Shown: positions 38,984-45,106 of the stretch, piece after piece
Layout of the letters: each line of letters opens with the position of its first letter
Position numbering within the stretch: position 1 is the stretch's first letter
Source of the DNA: Octopus bimaculoides
Lineage: Eukaryota
Assembly: GCF_001194135.2 (NCBI RefSeq)
Contig: NC_069010.1
Coordinates: forward strand, 8,304,618-8,368,617
Direction of reading: 5' to 3'
Length of the DNA: 64,000 bases
Translations under genes and position numbers: made by a program
Notes under the pieces: generated by a model
Database searches by the model: none
What the model was told of the DNA's origin: nothing
Seen by the model: the letters and a program-made list of their open reading frames with translations, nothing else

Positions 38984-41944
38984 GCCAGTGAGCTGGCAGA
39001 ATCATTAGCACACTGGGCGAAATGCTTAGCGGTATTTCATCCACCACTATGTTCTAAGTGGTGGCCCAGTGGTTAGGGCAGCGGACTTGCGGTCATAGGA
39101 TCGCGGTTTCGATTCCCAGACCGTGCATTGTGAGGGTTTATTGAGCGAAAACACCTAAAAGCTCCACGAGGCTCCGGCAGGGGGTGGTGGCGAACCCTGC
39201 TGTACTCTTTCACCACAACTTTCTCTCACTCTTACTTCCTGTTTCTGTTGTGCCTGTAATGCAAAAGGGTCAGCCTTGTCACACTGTGTCACGCTGAATA
39301 TCCCCCCCGAGAACTACGTTAAGGGTACACGTCTCTGTGGAGTGCTCAGCCACTTGCACGTTAATTTCACGAGCAGGCTGTTCCGTTGATCGGATCAACT
39401 GGAACCCTCTCGTCGTCGTAAGCGACGGAGTGCCAACAACATGTTCTAAGTTCAAATTTTGCTGAGGTCAACTTTACCTTTCATCCTTTTTGGGGTTAAT
39501 AAATTAAGTACCAGTTACACACTGGGGTCAGTGTAATCAACTCATCCCCTCCCAACAAATTTCAGGCCTTGTGCCTTTTGTAGAAAGCATTATTATTATT
39601 TTTTTACACAGTTTCTACTCTGTAGGTTGATTTGTTTTTTTTCTTTCCCCTGTGGCTGGCTCAATCACATGTGGTTAGAGCCATACTGAAGTTTCATTTT
39701 GGACACATGTAGGTCTTAGGTGCAGTCCCACACCATGGCACTGTGGGCAGTTCTGCTACAGTCCGGAGCTAACCAAAGTCTTGTTAGTAGATTTGGCTAA
39801 CTGAAAGGAGCCTATCGTTTGTCTGTTGGTTTATTTACTTCCCTGTAACTTAGTAACTTGGTGAATATCCAGTTTAAAAATAAATATCAGGGTTGATTTG
39901 TTTTTGCAGTTCTGGGTTTGAATCAAATCACAGCTAATAAGTACTGCACTGTGGCACCTGGGTAGGGTTTGCTAGACAGAAATTGTGAATCTCATTGTAG
40001 TCACTTCCTCATCATCATTTAACATCCATTGTCCATGCTATTGTCTCAGAAACTGAAAGAAGCCCATTGTGTGTTTCTGTCTGCATTTATCCTCCCCCAT
40101 GCCACTTGACAACCAGTGTTGGTGTGTTTATGTCCCCGTAACTTAGCAGTTCGGCAAAAGGAGACCAATAGAATAAATACTAGGCTTAAAAAGAAAAGTC
40201 CTGAGGTCAGTTTGTTCGGCTAAAAACTCTCCATGGCCAAACGACTGAAACAAGTGAACGACAAAAAAAGATGTAAGCGGATCTCTATGTATCCGTACTG
40301 ACTCGTTAGTGTTTTCATGAATTGTTGTGTTGTGCCATCATTGTCAATTGTGAGTGTTGTACAGTATCGCTTTTCTCCTTTCCAGTCTCCAGCTATTCCG
40401 CTTCTAACCCCTGCATCTTCAAAGGTAGATTAAAAAGACCGTGTTGCTCTCATTACCATATATAATAATAATTATAATAATTATAAAAATAATTAATTTT
40501 GTCTTTTGTTTGTAACTTCATCTGTCTTTTACTAATCAAGAATCTAATTTTAATTTTGACGTCTTGATAATTCATTATTAATATATTAAGGTTAATAACT
40601 TTTTTCTTTTTTTTTCTTTTTTGTGGACGAGGCGAGACAATTTGCCTCGTCTTTTGGAATGGAACTTTTTATTTTTATTTTATTTTCACAACCAAAGCAG
40701 CAGTCTTTGGTTTTTTTTTTTAGTTTTTTTATCTCCAGCTGTTATCATCAGGTGTGTTTTTTTTTTTGTTTTGTTTTGTGTTTCTTTTTTCCTTAAATGT
40801 GTAACTACATAGAAGACTAGCTTGGACCGGAACTAGGACAGTCTGGTCAGACCAAGCAGAATAACATTCTTAACCAATAAAATGTTTCCACGCTCTGGGA
40901 TAGGCAGCTGATGACTTATCACAGATCAAACTGATTGAAACATAGTATAGCTAGAAATATTGTAAAAATACAGTGTTAAGATGACTAGTTTTAATCCAGT
41001 CTTTGATACTGTGTACAGATCTAGGAATAAGATGACAGGTTCTAATCCAGCCTGGTACTATATACATTCCTGGGTATATATATGTGTGTGTGAGTGTGTA
41101 TATATATATATATATATATAATAAGCGCAGGTGTGGCTGTTTGGTAAGAAGATTGCTTTCCTGCCACATGGGTCTGTGTTCAGTCCCATTACATGGCACC
41201 TTGGGCAAGTGACTTCTATAGCTTTGGACCAACCAAATCCTTGTGAATGGATTTGGTAGATGGAAACTGAATGAAGCCCATCGTACATATATGTGTGTCT
41301 GTCTGTGTTTATTTCCCAGTAACTTAGCAGTTCAGCAAAAGAGATTGATAGAATAATTACTAGGCTTACAAAAAATAAGTCCTATGGTCAATTTCTTTGC
41401 CTTAAACCCTTTAAGGCGGTGCTCCAACATGGCCACAATCACATGACTAAAACATCTGAAAGAATGTGCCTGTCTGTCTCTCTGTATTTTCCCCTACCAC
41501 TGCTTGATAACCGGTGTTACAGTGTTTACATCCCTGTAACTTAGCAGTTCAGTGAAAGAGACCAATAGAATAAGTTCTGCTGTTTTGCTCAACTAAAATT
41601 CAAGCCAATCACCCAGCATGGCCACAGTCTAATGATGAAACGAGTAAAAGCTGCAGGGCAGTGAAACTGAACTCTAAACCACAAGGTTGCAAAACTACCT
41701 TCCTTACCACCCGGCCATACTGACGGGGAGAGAGTGGGGTACCTTCATGAAATAACTTGCAAAAAAAACTCTTTGGGGTATCGCGCCAACACGACTATCA
41801 CACTCCAGTGACGAGTGTGTGTGTCTGTGTGTGCATGTATAATGTTTGATGCTAATGATTATATCTTAATTAACTTTAATTATATTTTATTTTCCAGTAC
41901 AATCCCAAGGTGCTCCTGTCCCAACGTACCAACAGAGTCAGTAA
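3575..41944 (+). CDS. ATXN2: Ataxin-2 gene, 5'-partial, 20 coding exons in window
   Basis: Exons 3575-3622, 9846-9882, 10677-10715, 11569-11622, 11905-11976, 12823-12988, 13583-13698, 14017-14105, 14256-14468, 15881-16404, 17027-17155, 18377-18426, 20071-20189, 21381-21444, 22073-22265, 22932-23080, 35767-35890, 36476-37032, 38832-38945, 41898-41944 all have AG/GT ends and chain with compatible phases. The translation contains the LSm domain (EGVYNNSRF..GNPVSIQVKNGNVYEGIL), LsmAD (NGWDPSDMF..STYDENLSQYT..LENGEGEDEEKFAAV), PAM2 (STLNPNAKEFNP) and HPAPSPVQ. Confidence 0.95.
3960..4240. repeat. Compound (GT)-rich minisatellite
   Basis: Reiterated GAGTATGTACAA(A/G)TGTGTGT units. Confidence 0.85.
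4874..5400 (+). mobile_element. SINE family B tandem cluster (2 full + 1 partial) separated by (ATT)n
   Basis: Repeated AAGGCGGTGAGCTGGCAGAATC...GTTCTGAGTTCAAATT...GTCGATAAATTAAGTACCAG...CAGGCCTTGTGCC...GAAAGGATTATT. Confidence 0.85.
6153..6652 (+). mobile_element. Family D (RTE-type 3' tail element), two tandem copies
   Basis: GGTTGGCGTTAGGAAGGGCATCCAGCTGTAGAAACTCTGCCAGATCAGATTGGAGCC...CCCATGCTAGCATGGAAAG.GGACGTTAAACG(ATG)n occurs twice. Confidence 0.85.
8652..8887 (+). mobile_element. Family E MITE, single copy
   Basis: Same internal sequence (GACATTGTAGGGTAGGTGTGAGAGG) with TTAA at both ends. Other copies lie at 23879-24118(-), 31940-32163(-) and 9255-9400(-, partial). Confidence 0.75.
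9846..9882 (+). CDS. ATXN2: Ataxin-2 37-nt exon (R-GNPASNPSRNPV), phase 2-0
   Basis: tttccag acceptor and gtaagt donor. Size and phases match the short pre-LSm exon of vertebrate ATXN2 as I recall it (not verified). Confidence 0.8.
10677..10715 (+). CDS. ATXN2: Ataxin-2 candidate 39-nt symmetric exon (DSLKFGKMRLSPD), phase 0-0
   Basis: tttttag acceptor, gtgagt donor, in frame with both neighbouring exons. Confidence 0.6.
10896..11279 (+). mobile_element. tRNA-derived SINE family A, near full length, with TSD
   Basis: A box TGGCCCAGTGG, B box GGTTTCGATTCC, (CAA)n tail; 12-bp TSD ATGACATTGCAT at 10884-10895 and 11280-11291. Confidence 0.9.
11569..11622 (+). CDS. ATXN2: Ataxin-2 LSm exon 1 (NEGVYNNSRFIYVGVCLL)
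   Basis: tttcag acceptor, gtaagt donor; matches the ATXN2/ATXN2L motif EGVYNNSRM. Confidence 0.93.
11905..11976 (+). CDS. ATXN2: Ataxin-2 LSm exon 2 (GNPVSIQVKNGNVYEGILLTFSYK)
   Basis: 72 nt, ttttag/gtaagt; LSm motif VQVKNGxxYEG. Confidence 0.95.
12372..12670 (-). mobile_element. Family D copy inserted in (TA)n
   Basis: Reverse complement of the D consensus, with (TA)n on both sides. Confidence 0.85.
12823..12988 (+). CDS. ATXN2: Ataxin-2 LSm exon 3 (MDIVLSMAHK...VDLEYAVK)
   Basis: ctccag/gtaagg, phase 0-1; inside ORF 12742-13047. Confidence 0.93.
13583..13698 (+). CDS. ATXN2: Ataxin-2 exon (DNYSESSSRFNGQLGDKDLTPWEG...DSDAS)
   Basis: ttccag/gtaagt, phase 1-0; NG..KDLxPW motif. Confidence 0.92.
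14017..14105 (+). CDS. ATXN2: Ataxin-2 LsmAD exon 1 (NGWDPSDMFRTNYEQFNVISTYDENLSQYT)
   Basis: poly-T cag acceptor, gtgagt donor; diagnostic GWDPxDMF and STYD motifs. Confidence 0.96.
14256..14468 (+). CDS. ATXN2: Ataxin-2 LsmAD exon 2 plus Q9 tract
   Basis: cgcag/gtaggc, phase 2-2; PLERRDTKEYKEREEAAAKLADEIE...EEKFAAVVKPE followed by Q9. Confidence 0.96.
14693..15300 (-). mobile_element. RTE-clade LINE 3' fragment ending in a family D tail
   Basis: Minus strand reads LERNEASMLCWMCNV..WFGHVMQMD..GRPRKT*DEV (decayed RT C-terminus), continuing into the D-type 3' UTR and (GAT)n. Confidence 0.75.
15333..15713 (+). mobile_element. SINE family A, full length, with TSD
   Basis: Near-identical to the 10896 copy; 8-bp TSD ACATGTGT at 15325-15332 and 15714-15721. 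Confidence 0.9.
15881..16404 (+). CDS. ATXN2: Ataxin-2 low-complexity exon (S/N/T runs, HHH-Q7); contains a 10-N gap
   Basis: ttccag/gtgagt, phase 2-1; ORF 15798-16484 stays open across the gap 16129-16138. Confidence 0.85.
16482..16768 (+). mobile_element. Family D copy
   Basis: D consensus tail with repeated GTGCCRGTGGCACGTAAAAAG head units. Confidence 0.8.
17027..17155 (+). CDS. ATXN2: Ataxin-2 exon (SSEKEDKEILSNRSHIVP...RRNSNSK)
   Basis: ttgtag acceptor, weaker donor AAG|gttatt; phase 1-1 fits both neighbours. Confidence 0.7.
17317..17669 (+). mobile_element. Family D copy with three head units
   Basis: D consensus with an (ACG/ATG)n tail. Confidence 0.85.
18377..18426 (+). CDS. ATXN2: Ataxin-2 exon (DRASEIEAYKTFSSHIK)
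   Basis: caacag/gtaagt, phase 1-0; resembles the ATXN2 IDDLKKFxxDFRL helix. Confidence 0.85.
20071..20189 (+). CDS. ATXN2: Ataxin-2 charged K/E-rich exon
   Basis: tttcag/gtgagt, phase 0-2; LTGSYKDKEKGEKGERQEKSEE... Confidence 0.88.
21087..21292 (+). mobile_element. Family D copy inserted in a family E MITE
   Basis: D consensus flanked by E(-) sequence at 20997-21085 and 21293-21320. Further D pieces lie near 3790, 9010(-), 9410, 22410(-), 26290 and 37910. Confidence 0.8.
21381..21444 (+). CDS. ATXN2: Ataxin-2 PAM2 exon (KVKNSTLNPNAKEFNPKSYPQ)
   Basis: tttcag/gtatgt; canonical PABP-interacting PAM2 motif LNPNAKEFNP. Confidence 0.97.
21546..21922 (-). mobile_element. SINE family A, full length, with TSD
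   Basis: Reverse complement of the other A copies; 12-bp TSD CTAGCAAACTAG at 21534-21545 and 21923-21934. Confidence 0.9.
22073..22265 (+). CDS. ATXN2: Ataxin-2 exon (KHCVQTPTPPRPQTQSP...AAKR)
   Basis: tttcag/gtaatt, phase 0-1; conserved TPTxPRPQ motif after PAM2. Confidence 0.92.
22932..23080 (+). CDS. ATXN2: Ataxin-2 exon (AIVPVPRHDYTAQAAAAAATGPPLLAQT...PYTQ)
   Basis: tttcag/gtaggt, phase 1-0; AAGPP-like motif. Confidence 0.9.
24878..25070. repeat. Compound (GT)n/(AT)n microsatellite, representative of many in the window
   Basis: Directly visible. Similar tracts at 7365-7450, 33495, 43160-43640, 51950-52215 (with (TAGA)n), 54060, 56660-57040, 60110-60345 (with (TATC)n), 63935-64000, and (GTAG)n at 42865-42907. 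Confidence 0.95.
25800..26103. mobile_element. Composite of family C head (+), inverted family C segment (-) and family A 3' half (+)
   Basis: Segments match the C consensus in both orientations, then GAGTGCTCAGCCACTTGCACG...GACGGAGTGC of family A. Confidence 0.65.
26546..26797. mobile_element. hAT(Charlie)-like MITE relic
   Basis: Ends resemble CAGTGGTTCTCAACC...GGTTAAGAACCACTG; related ends lie at 2750-2899 and 20760-20792. Confidence 0.4.
27270..28310 (-). mobile_element. Decayed RLE-type (R4/Dong-like) non-LTR retrotransposon
   Basis: Minus strand, with frameshifts and stops: RVGTY.HWKLWQHYEIP, ENGKATILWD, NRPDIVIKDHQEEK*FLTDISIS, SKYKDLEMEVTR, i.e. the PD..D restriction-like endonuclease region. 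Confidence 0.72.
28940..29366 (+). mobile_element. SINE family B cluster running into an assembly gap
   Basis: Three B heads, two directly after (ATT)n runs. Confidence 0.75.
29367..30261. other. Assembly gap (largest of ten)
   Basis: N runs at 7746-7798, 16129-16138, 19276-19617, 20575-20585, 29367-30261, 32845-33044, 36917-36926, 48949-49700, 56866-56968 and 58076-58753. Confidence 0.99.
33790..34380. mobile_element. Two head-to-head RTE/D 3' ends forming an inverted repeat
   Basis: 33790-34020 (-) and 34081-34380 (+); a 24-bp perfect reverse-complement match at 33994-34017 and 34149-34172. Confidence 0.82.
34563..35233 (+). mobile_element. Three head-to-tail piggyBac-like MITEs (family E) sharing TTAA junctions
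   Basis: About 226-bp unit with ends TTAACCCTTTAGCAT...ATGCTAAA(G/T)GGTTAA; TTAA at 34563, 34789 and 35015. Confidence 0.78.
35767..35890 (+). CDS. ATXN2: Ataxin-2 exon (HLMPMAQGTRLMTQTT...HSAPLY)
   Basis: Pyrimidine tract then AAG acceptor (atypical, so the 5' end is uncertain), gtgagc donor; phase 0-1 bridges the 12.7-kb intron. Confidence 0.78.
36476..37032 (+). CDS. ATXN2: Ataxin-2 H/P/Q-rich exon (HPAPSPVQ); contains a frame-breaking 10-N gap
   Basis: ttaag/gtgagt. Before the gap it reads VPTPHVQHHP...SQMH; after the gap QPLVMMPPTAHPH...HPMH in a shifted frame. Confidence 0.85.
37053..37910 (+). mobile_element. SINE family B head-to-tail array (about 4 copies)
   Basis: Four successive B segments; the first three end in GAAAGGATTATT(ATT)n, the last has the variant tail also seen at 7964-8110. 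Confidence 0.85.
38832..38945 (+). CDS. ATXN2: Ataxin-2 penultimate exon (GSHVHPSNHHMMASQAAAAAIPVST...HFIPH)
   Basis: tgtcag/gtgagt, phase 1-1; IPVST..HF resembles the vertebrate ATXN2 C-terminus. Confidence 0.88.
38980..39595 (+). mobile_element. SINE family B interrupted by a family A insertion
   Basis: B head at 38980-39059 and B remainder at 39441-39595. Confidence 0.85.
39060..39440 (+). mobile_element. SINE family A nested inside a family B SINE
   Basis: 11-bp TSD ATGTTCTAAGT at 39049-39059 and 39441-39451; family B sequence resumes after it. Confidence 0.9.
41123..41650 (+). mobile_element. SINE family C, older copy plus duplicated 3' half
   Basis: Diverged C consensus at 41123-41462, 3' half repeated at about 41490-41650. 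Other partial C copies lie near 6050, 6950, 8940, 14570, 20590(-), 24780, 30780(-), 33260, 39660 and 40045. Confidence 0.75.
41898..41944 (+). CDS. ATXN2: Ataxin-2 terminal coding exon (VQSQGAPVPTYQQSQ-stop)
   Basis: ttttccag acceptor, phase 1, TAA at 41942-41944; a short VQ...QQ-stop ending as in vertebrate ATXN2. Confidence 0.8.
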
Positions 41945-42295
41945 GAAAATAGTTGCCAATTTTGAAAATGTAAGTTTATTTGGTGTTTAGCTCCATGTCC
42001 TTTGTCACCCAACTAATTTATGATGATCAGAAGCATTCCAACTATGGCCATCCTGTTTTTTTTGTTTTTTTTTTATTCCGAGAGGATTTTAGAATTATCC
42101 AGATGTGTGTGCTTATGTGCATGTACATAAATAAGCATGTGTGTGTGCGTGTGTATCAATGAGGGTGCATGGCCCTAGTGGTCTGGATGTTGCACTTGTG
42201 ATCTAGCCGTCATGATTTCAATTCCTAGGCTGGGTGATGCATTGTCTTTGAAAGTGAAGGATTACTGGAAGATTTCCAAATTTAATGTTAACGAC

Positions 42296-42655
42296 CAGGA
42301 GTGGCTCCATGGTAAGTAGCTAGCTCACCAACCACATGGTTCCGGGTTCATCCCCACTGCGTGGCACCTTGGGCAAGTGTCTTCTACCATAGCCTCGGGT
42401 CGACCAAAGCCTTGTGAGTGGATTTGATAGACGGAAACTGAAAGAAGCCCGTCGTATATATGTATGTATATATATATGTATGTGTGTGTATATGTTTGTC
42501 GCGCCAACATCGCTTGACAACTGATGGTGGTGTGTTTACGTCCCCGTAACTTAGCGGTTCGGCAAAAGAGAGACCGATAGAATAAGTACTAGGTTTCCAA
42601 AGAATGTCCTGGGGTCGATTTGCTCGACTGAAGGCGGTGCTCCAGCATGGCCGCA
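42296..42655 (+). mobile_element. tRNA-like SINE family C
   Basis: GGTAAGTAGCT..CAACCACATGGTTCCGGGTTCA.TCCCACTGCGTGGCACCTTGGGCAAGTGTC...GGAAACTGAAAGAAGCCCGTCG, internal (TA)/(TG) run, tail GCGGTGCTCCAGCATGGCCGCAG. Confidence 0.88.
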
Positions 42656-43163
42656 GGTCGATGTATCCCCTTCTCACTTAAAATTATTTCAGACCTAGTA
42701 GAAAAAAAAAAAAAAAACTTTAAGGGCCGGAAGATATGCTGCTAAGCAGTTTGACTGATGCGCTAAGGATTCAGCAGTGGAAACGGAAATGCTCAAGGGA
42801 ATTTTGTCTACATGGTGGACGATGAATGGGTAACTAGACAGGAAAGTAGATAGGCATATTGGTAAGTAGGTAGGTAGGTAGGTAGGTAGGTAGGTAGGTA
42901 GGTAGGTAATAGCTAGCAAGCTACTAGATAGCTGCTTGCTACCTTGTATCAATTATTGCAATCTGTTTTTGTTGTTGTTGTTACCTTTTAGTGTAAGGAC
43001 AGGTCAGAAGGTCTTGTCAAGGGCAATATTTGCTTCAGCGATAGGAGACAGATCAGTAGTGACTGGCTCAAGGCAGCAAGTTTTCTTTAGATCAAATTAC
43101 AGTCAGCGACGAGCGAGATATTTCACTTCACCTTTAACTACATCTGTGCGTTGTTGTGGGCTC

Positions 43164-43217
<54 letters not shown>

Positions 43218-43423
43218 CACGTGTTATTCACTTGTCAAAGACACATGTTTTCTCTCTCTCTCCCTCTTTGTGTGTGTGTATATATGTATATTTGTTTATA
43301 TAATGTGTATACATGTTTGTATATATACATTATTTTGTTATAGGTACATATGTTTGTATATACATATATATATATATATATACTCATGTATATAAAAACA
43401 TATACATATGAGTATATATACAT

Positions 43424-43465
<42 letters not shown>

Positions 43466-43865
43466 ATGTATATACATGTGCGTAAGTGTGTGTATCTACA
43501 CGCAGATACACAAACACATACATACAGATATCTGTGTATGTGTGTGCGTGCGTAAATAAATGTATGCATAAATGTGAGTGTGTGTGTGTGTGCGCGCGTG
43601 TGTATACACTGTAAAGTTGAACACACACACACACACACAGGCACATGAAATGTCTGAGACATGTTTATTTGGAAACTGGGACTTGCTTAGTTTACTTTCT
43701 CGAGACTGTGCTGATAAAAAAATCACTGTAATGGCGATTATTAATGATAACATAGTTGAAACCAGCGTTTACCATCGCCGCCACCACCACCACCACTACT
43801 ACTACTATTGGTGGTGGTGGTGGTTTTGTAGTAATAATGTTACTAGTACTACCACTGAAACAAAA

Positions 43866-44238
43866 GCAGCGAGTTGGCAGAAACGTTAGCACGCCGGGCG
43901 GAATGCTTAGCGGTATTTCGTCTGCTGCTACGTTCTGAGTTCAAATTCCGCCGAGGTCGTTTTTGCCTTTCGTCATCCTTTCGCGGTCGATAAATTAAGT
44001 ACCTGTTGCGTACTGGGGGTCTATCTAATCGACTGGCCCCCTCCCCGAAAATTTCGGGCCTTGTGCCTAGAGTAGAAAAGAAACGTTAGCACGCCGGACG
44101 AAATGCTTAGCGGTATTTCCTCCGCCTTTACGTTTTGCGTTCAAATTTCGCCGATGTCGACTTTGCCTTCCAATCTTTCGGGGCCGATAAATTAAGAACC
44201 AACTTTCAGGCCTTGTCCCTATGACAGAAAGGATTATT
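43866..44238 (+). mobile_element. SINE family B, two tandem CpG-rich copies
   Basis: GCAGAAACGTTAGCACGCCGG...TTCAAATT..GCCGA occurs twice. Confidence 0.88.
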
Positions 44239-44484
44239 TCTATATCGATTGGGGAAGAAAATCTGATACATCTCGGTGGAGCGATGAACAAACTGCGAAG
44301 CGGTCAGTCAGGAGACTCACCTCATCTTTTTCAGTACATCGAAAGTATAGAATGGATGTGATTGCATTCATATAAATAATCTCGCTTTCTTATATTTAAA
44401 TTTATTGCAGTCCTTCTGATTCCTGCTGTGCTCACAATATATGTATGTAAATTTCTGAAACAAGACAGGCGTGCCTGCGCCTAT

Positions 44485-44528
<44 letters not shown>

Positions 44529-44752
44529 CAAATAATATATGAGTATATGCATATATACGTACATGTATGTACATACCTACATCTACATGTATATATAGAT
44601 GCATATCTGGGTGCAGGACGTTGCAAAAAAAACGTGGACAAAATGATAAACAGAGTACAGAAAACACACAGGCCACATAGAGAACATTTTCCTTCATCAG
44701 CTACACACACGTGTATGTGTGTGTTTGCATACACACATATTCTTTTCTACTC

Positions 44753-44962
44753 TAGGCACAAGGTCCGAAATTTTGGGGGAGGGGTGGGGCAATCGATTAG
44801 ATCGACACCAGTACGCAACTGGTACTTAATTTATCGCCCCCACCCACAAAGGATGAAAGACAAAGTCGGCCTCGGTGGAACTTGAACTCAGAACGTAACG
44901 GCAGACGAAATACCGCTAGGCATTTCGCCCGGCGTGCTTAACGTTTCTGCCAGCTCGCCGCC
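44753..44962 (-). mobile_element. SINE family B, inverted, just upstream of the MMP exon
   Basis: Reverse complement matches the B consensus. Confidence 0.88.
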
Positions 44963-45106
44963 TTTGCACACACACATATTATATTACTAGCTCTTTGTAT
45001 CATGTTGAGAAACATTATTTATTTAATCTGTGATATTTATCTATTTTCGTCGCAATAATGTACATTTCCTTCGTCGTTATTTAAATAGCATTTGTTTTAT
45101 TTGCAG

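Noticed and set aside
42936-43343. LFLLLLLPFSVRT as a possible MMP signal peptide
   Set aside because: The ORF starts at TTG with no in-frame ATG, the Leu run is a (TTG)n microsatellite, and I saw no convincing phase-0 donor.
43496-43753. Minus-strand ATG ORF MLSLIIAITVIFLSAQS with a signal-peptide look
   Set aside because: Wrong strand for the MMP gene, no splice donor, and it runs into (GT)n; probably chance.
43650-43780. MSETCLFGNWDLLSLLSRDCAD as MMP21 exon 1 (faint similarity to FHSRDRSD)
   Set aside because: No hydrophobic signal core and no donor; the ORF continues into a triplet repeat.
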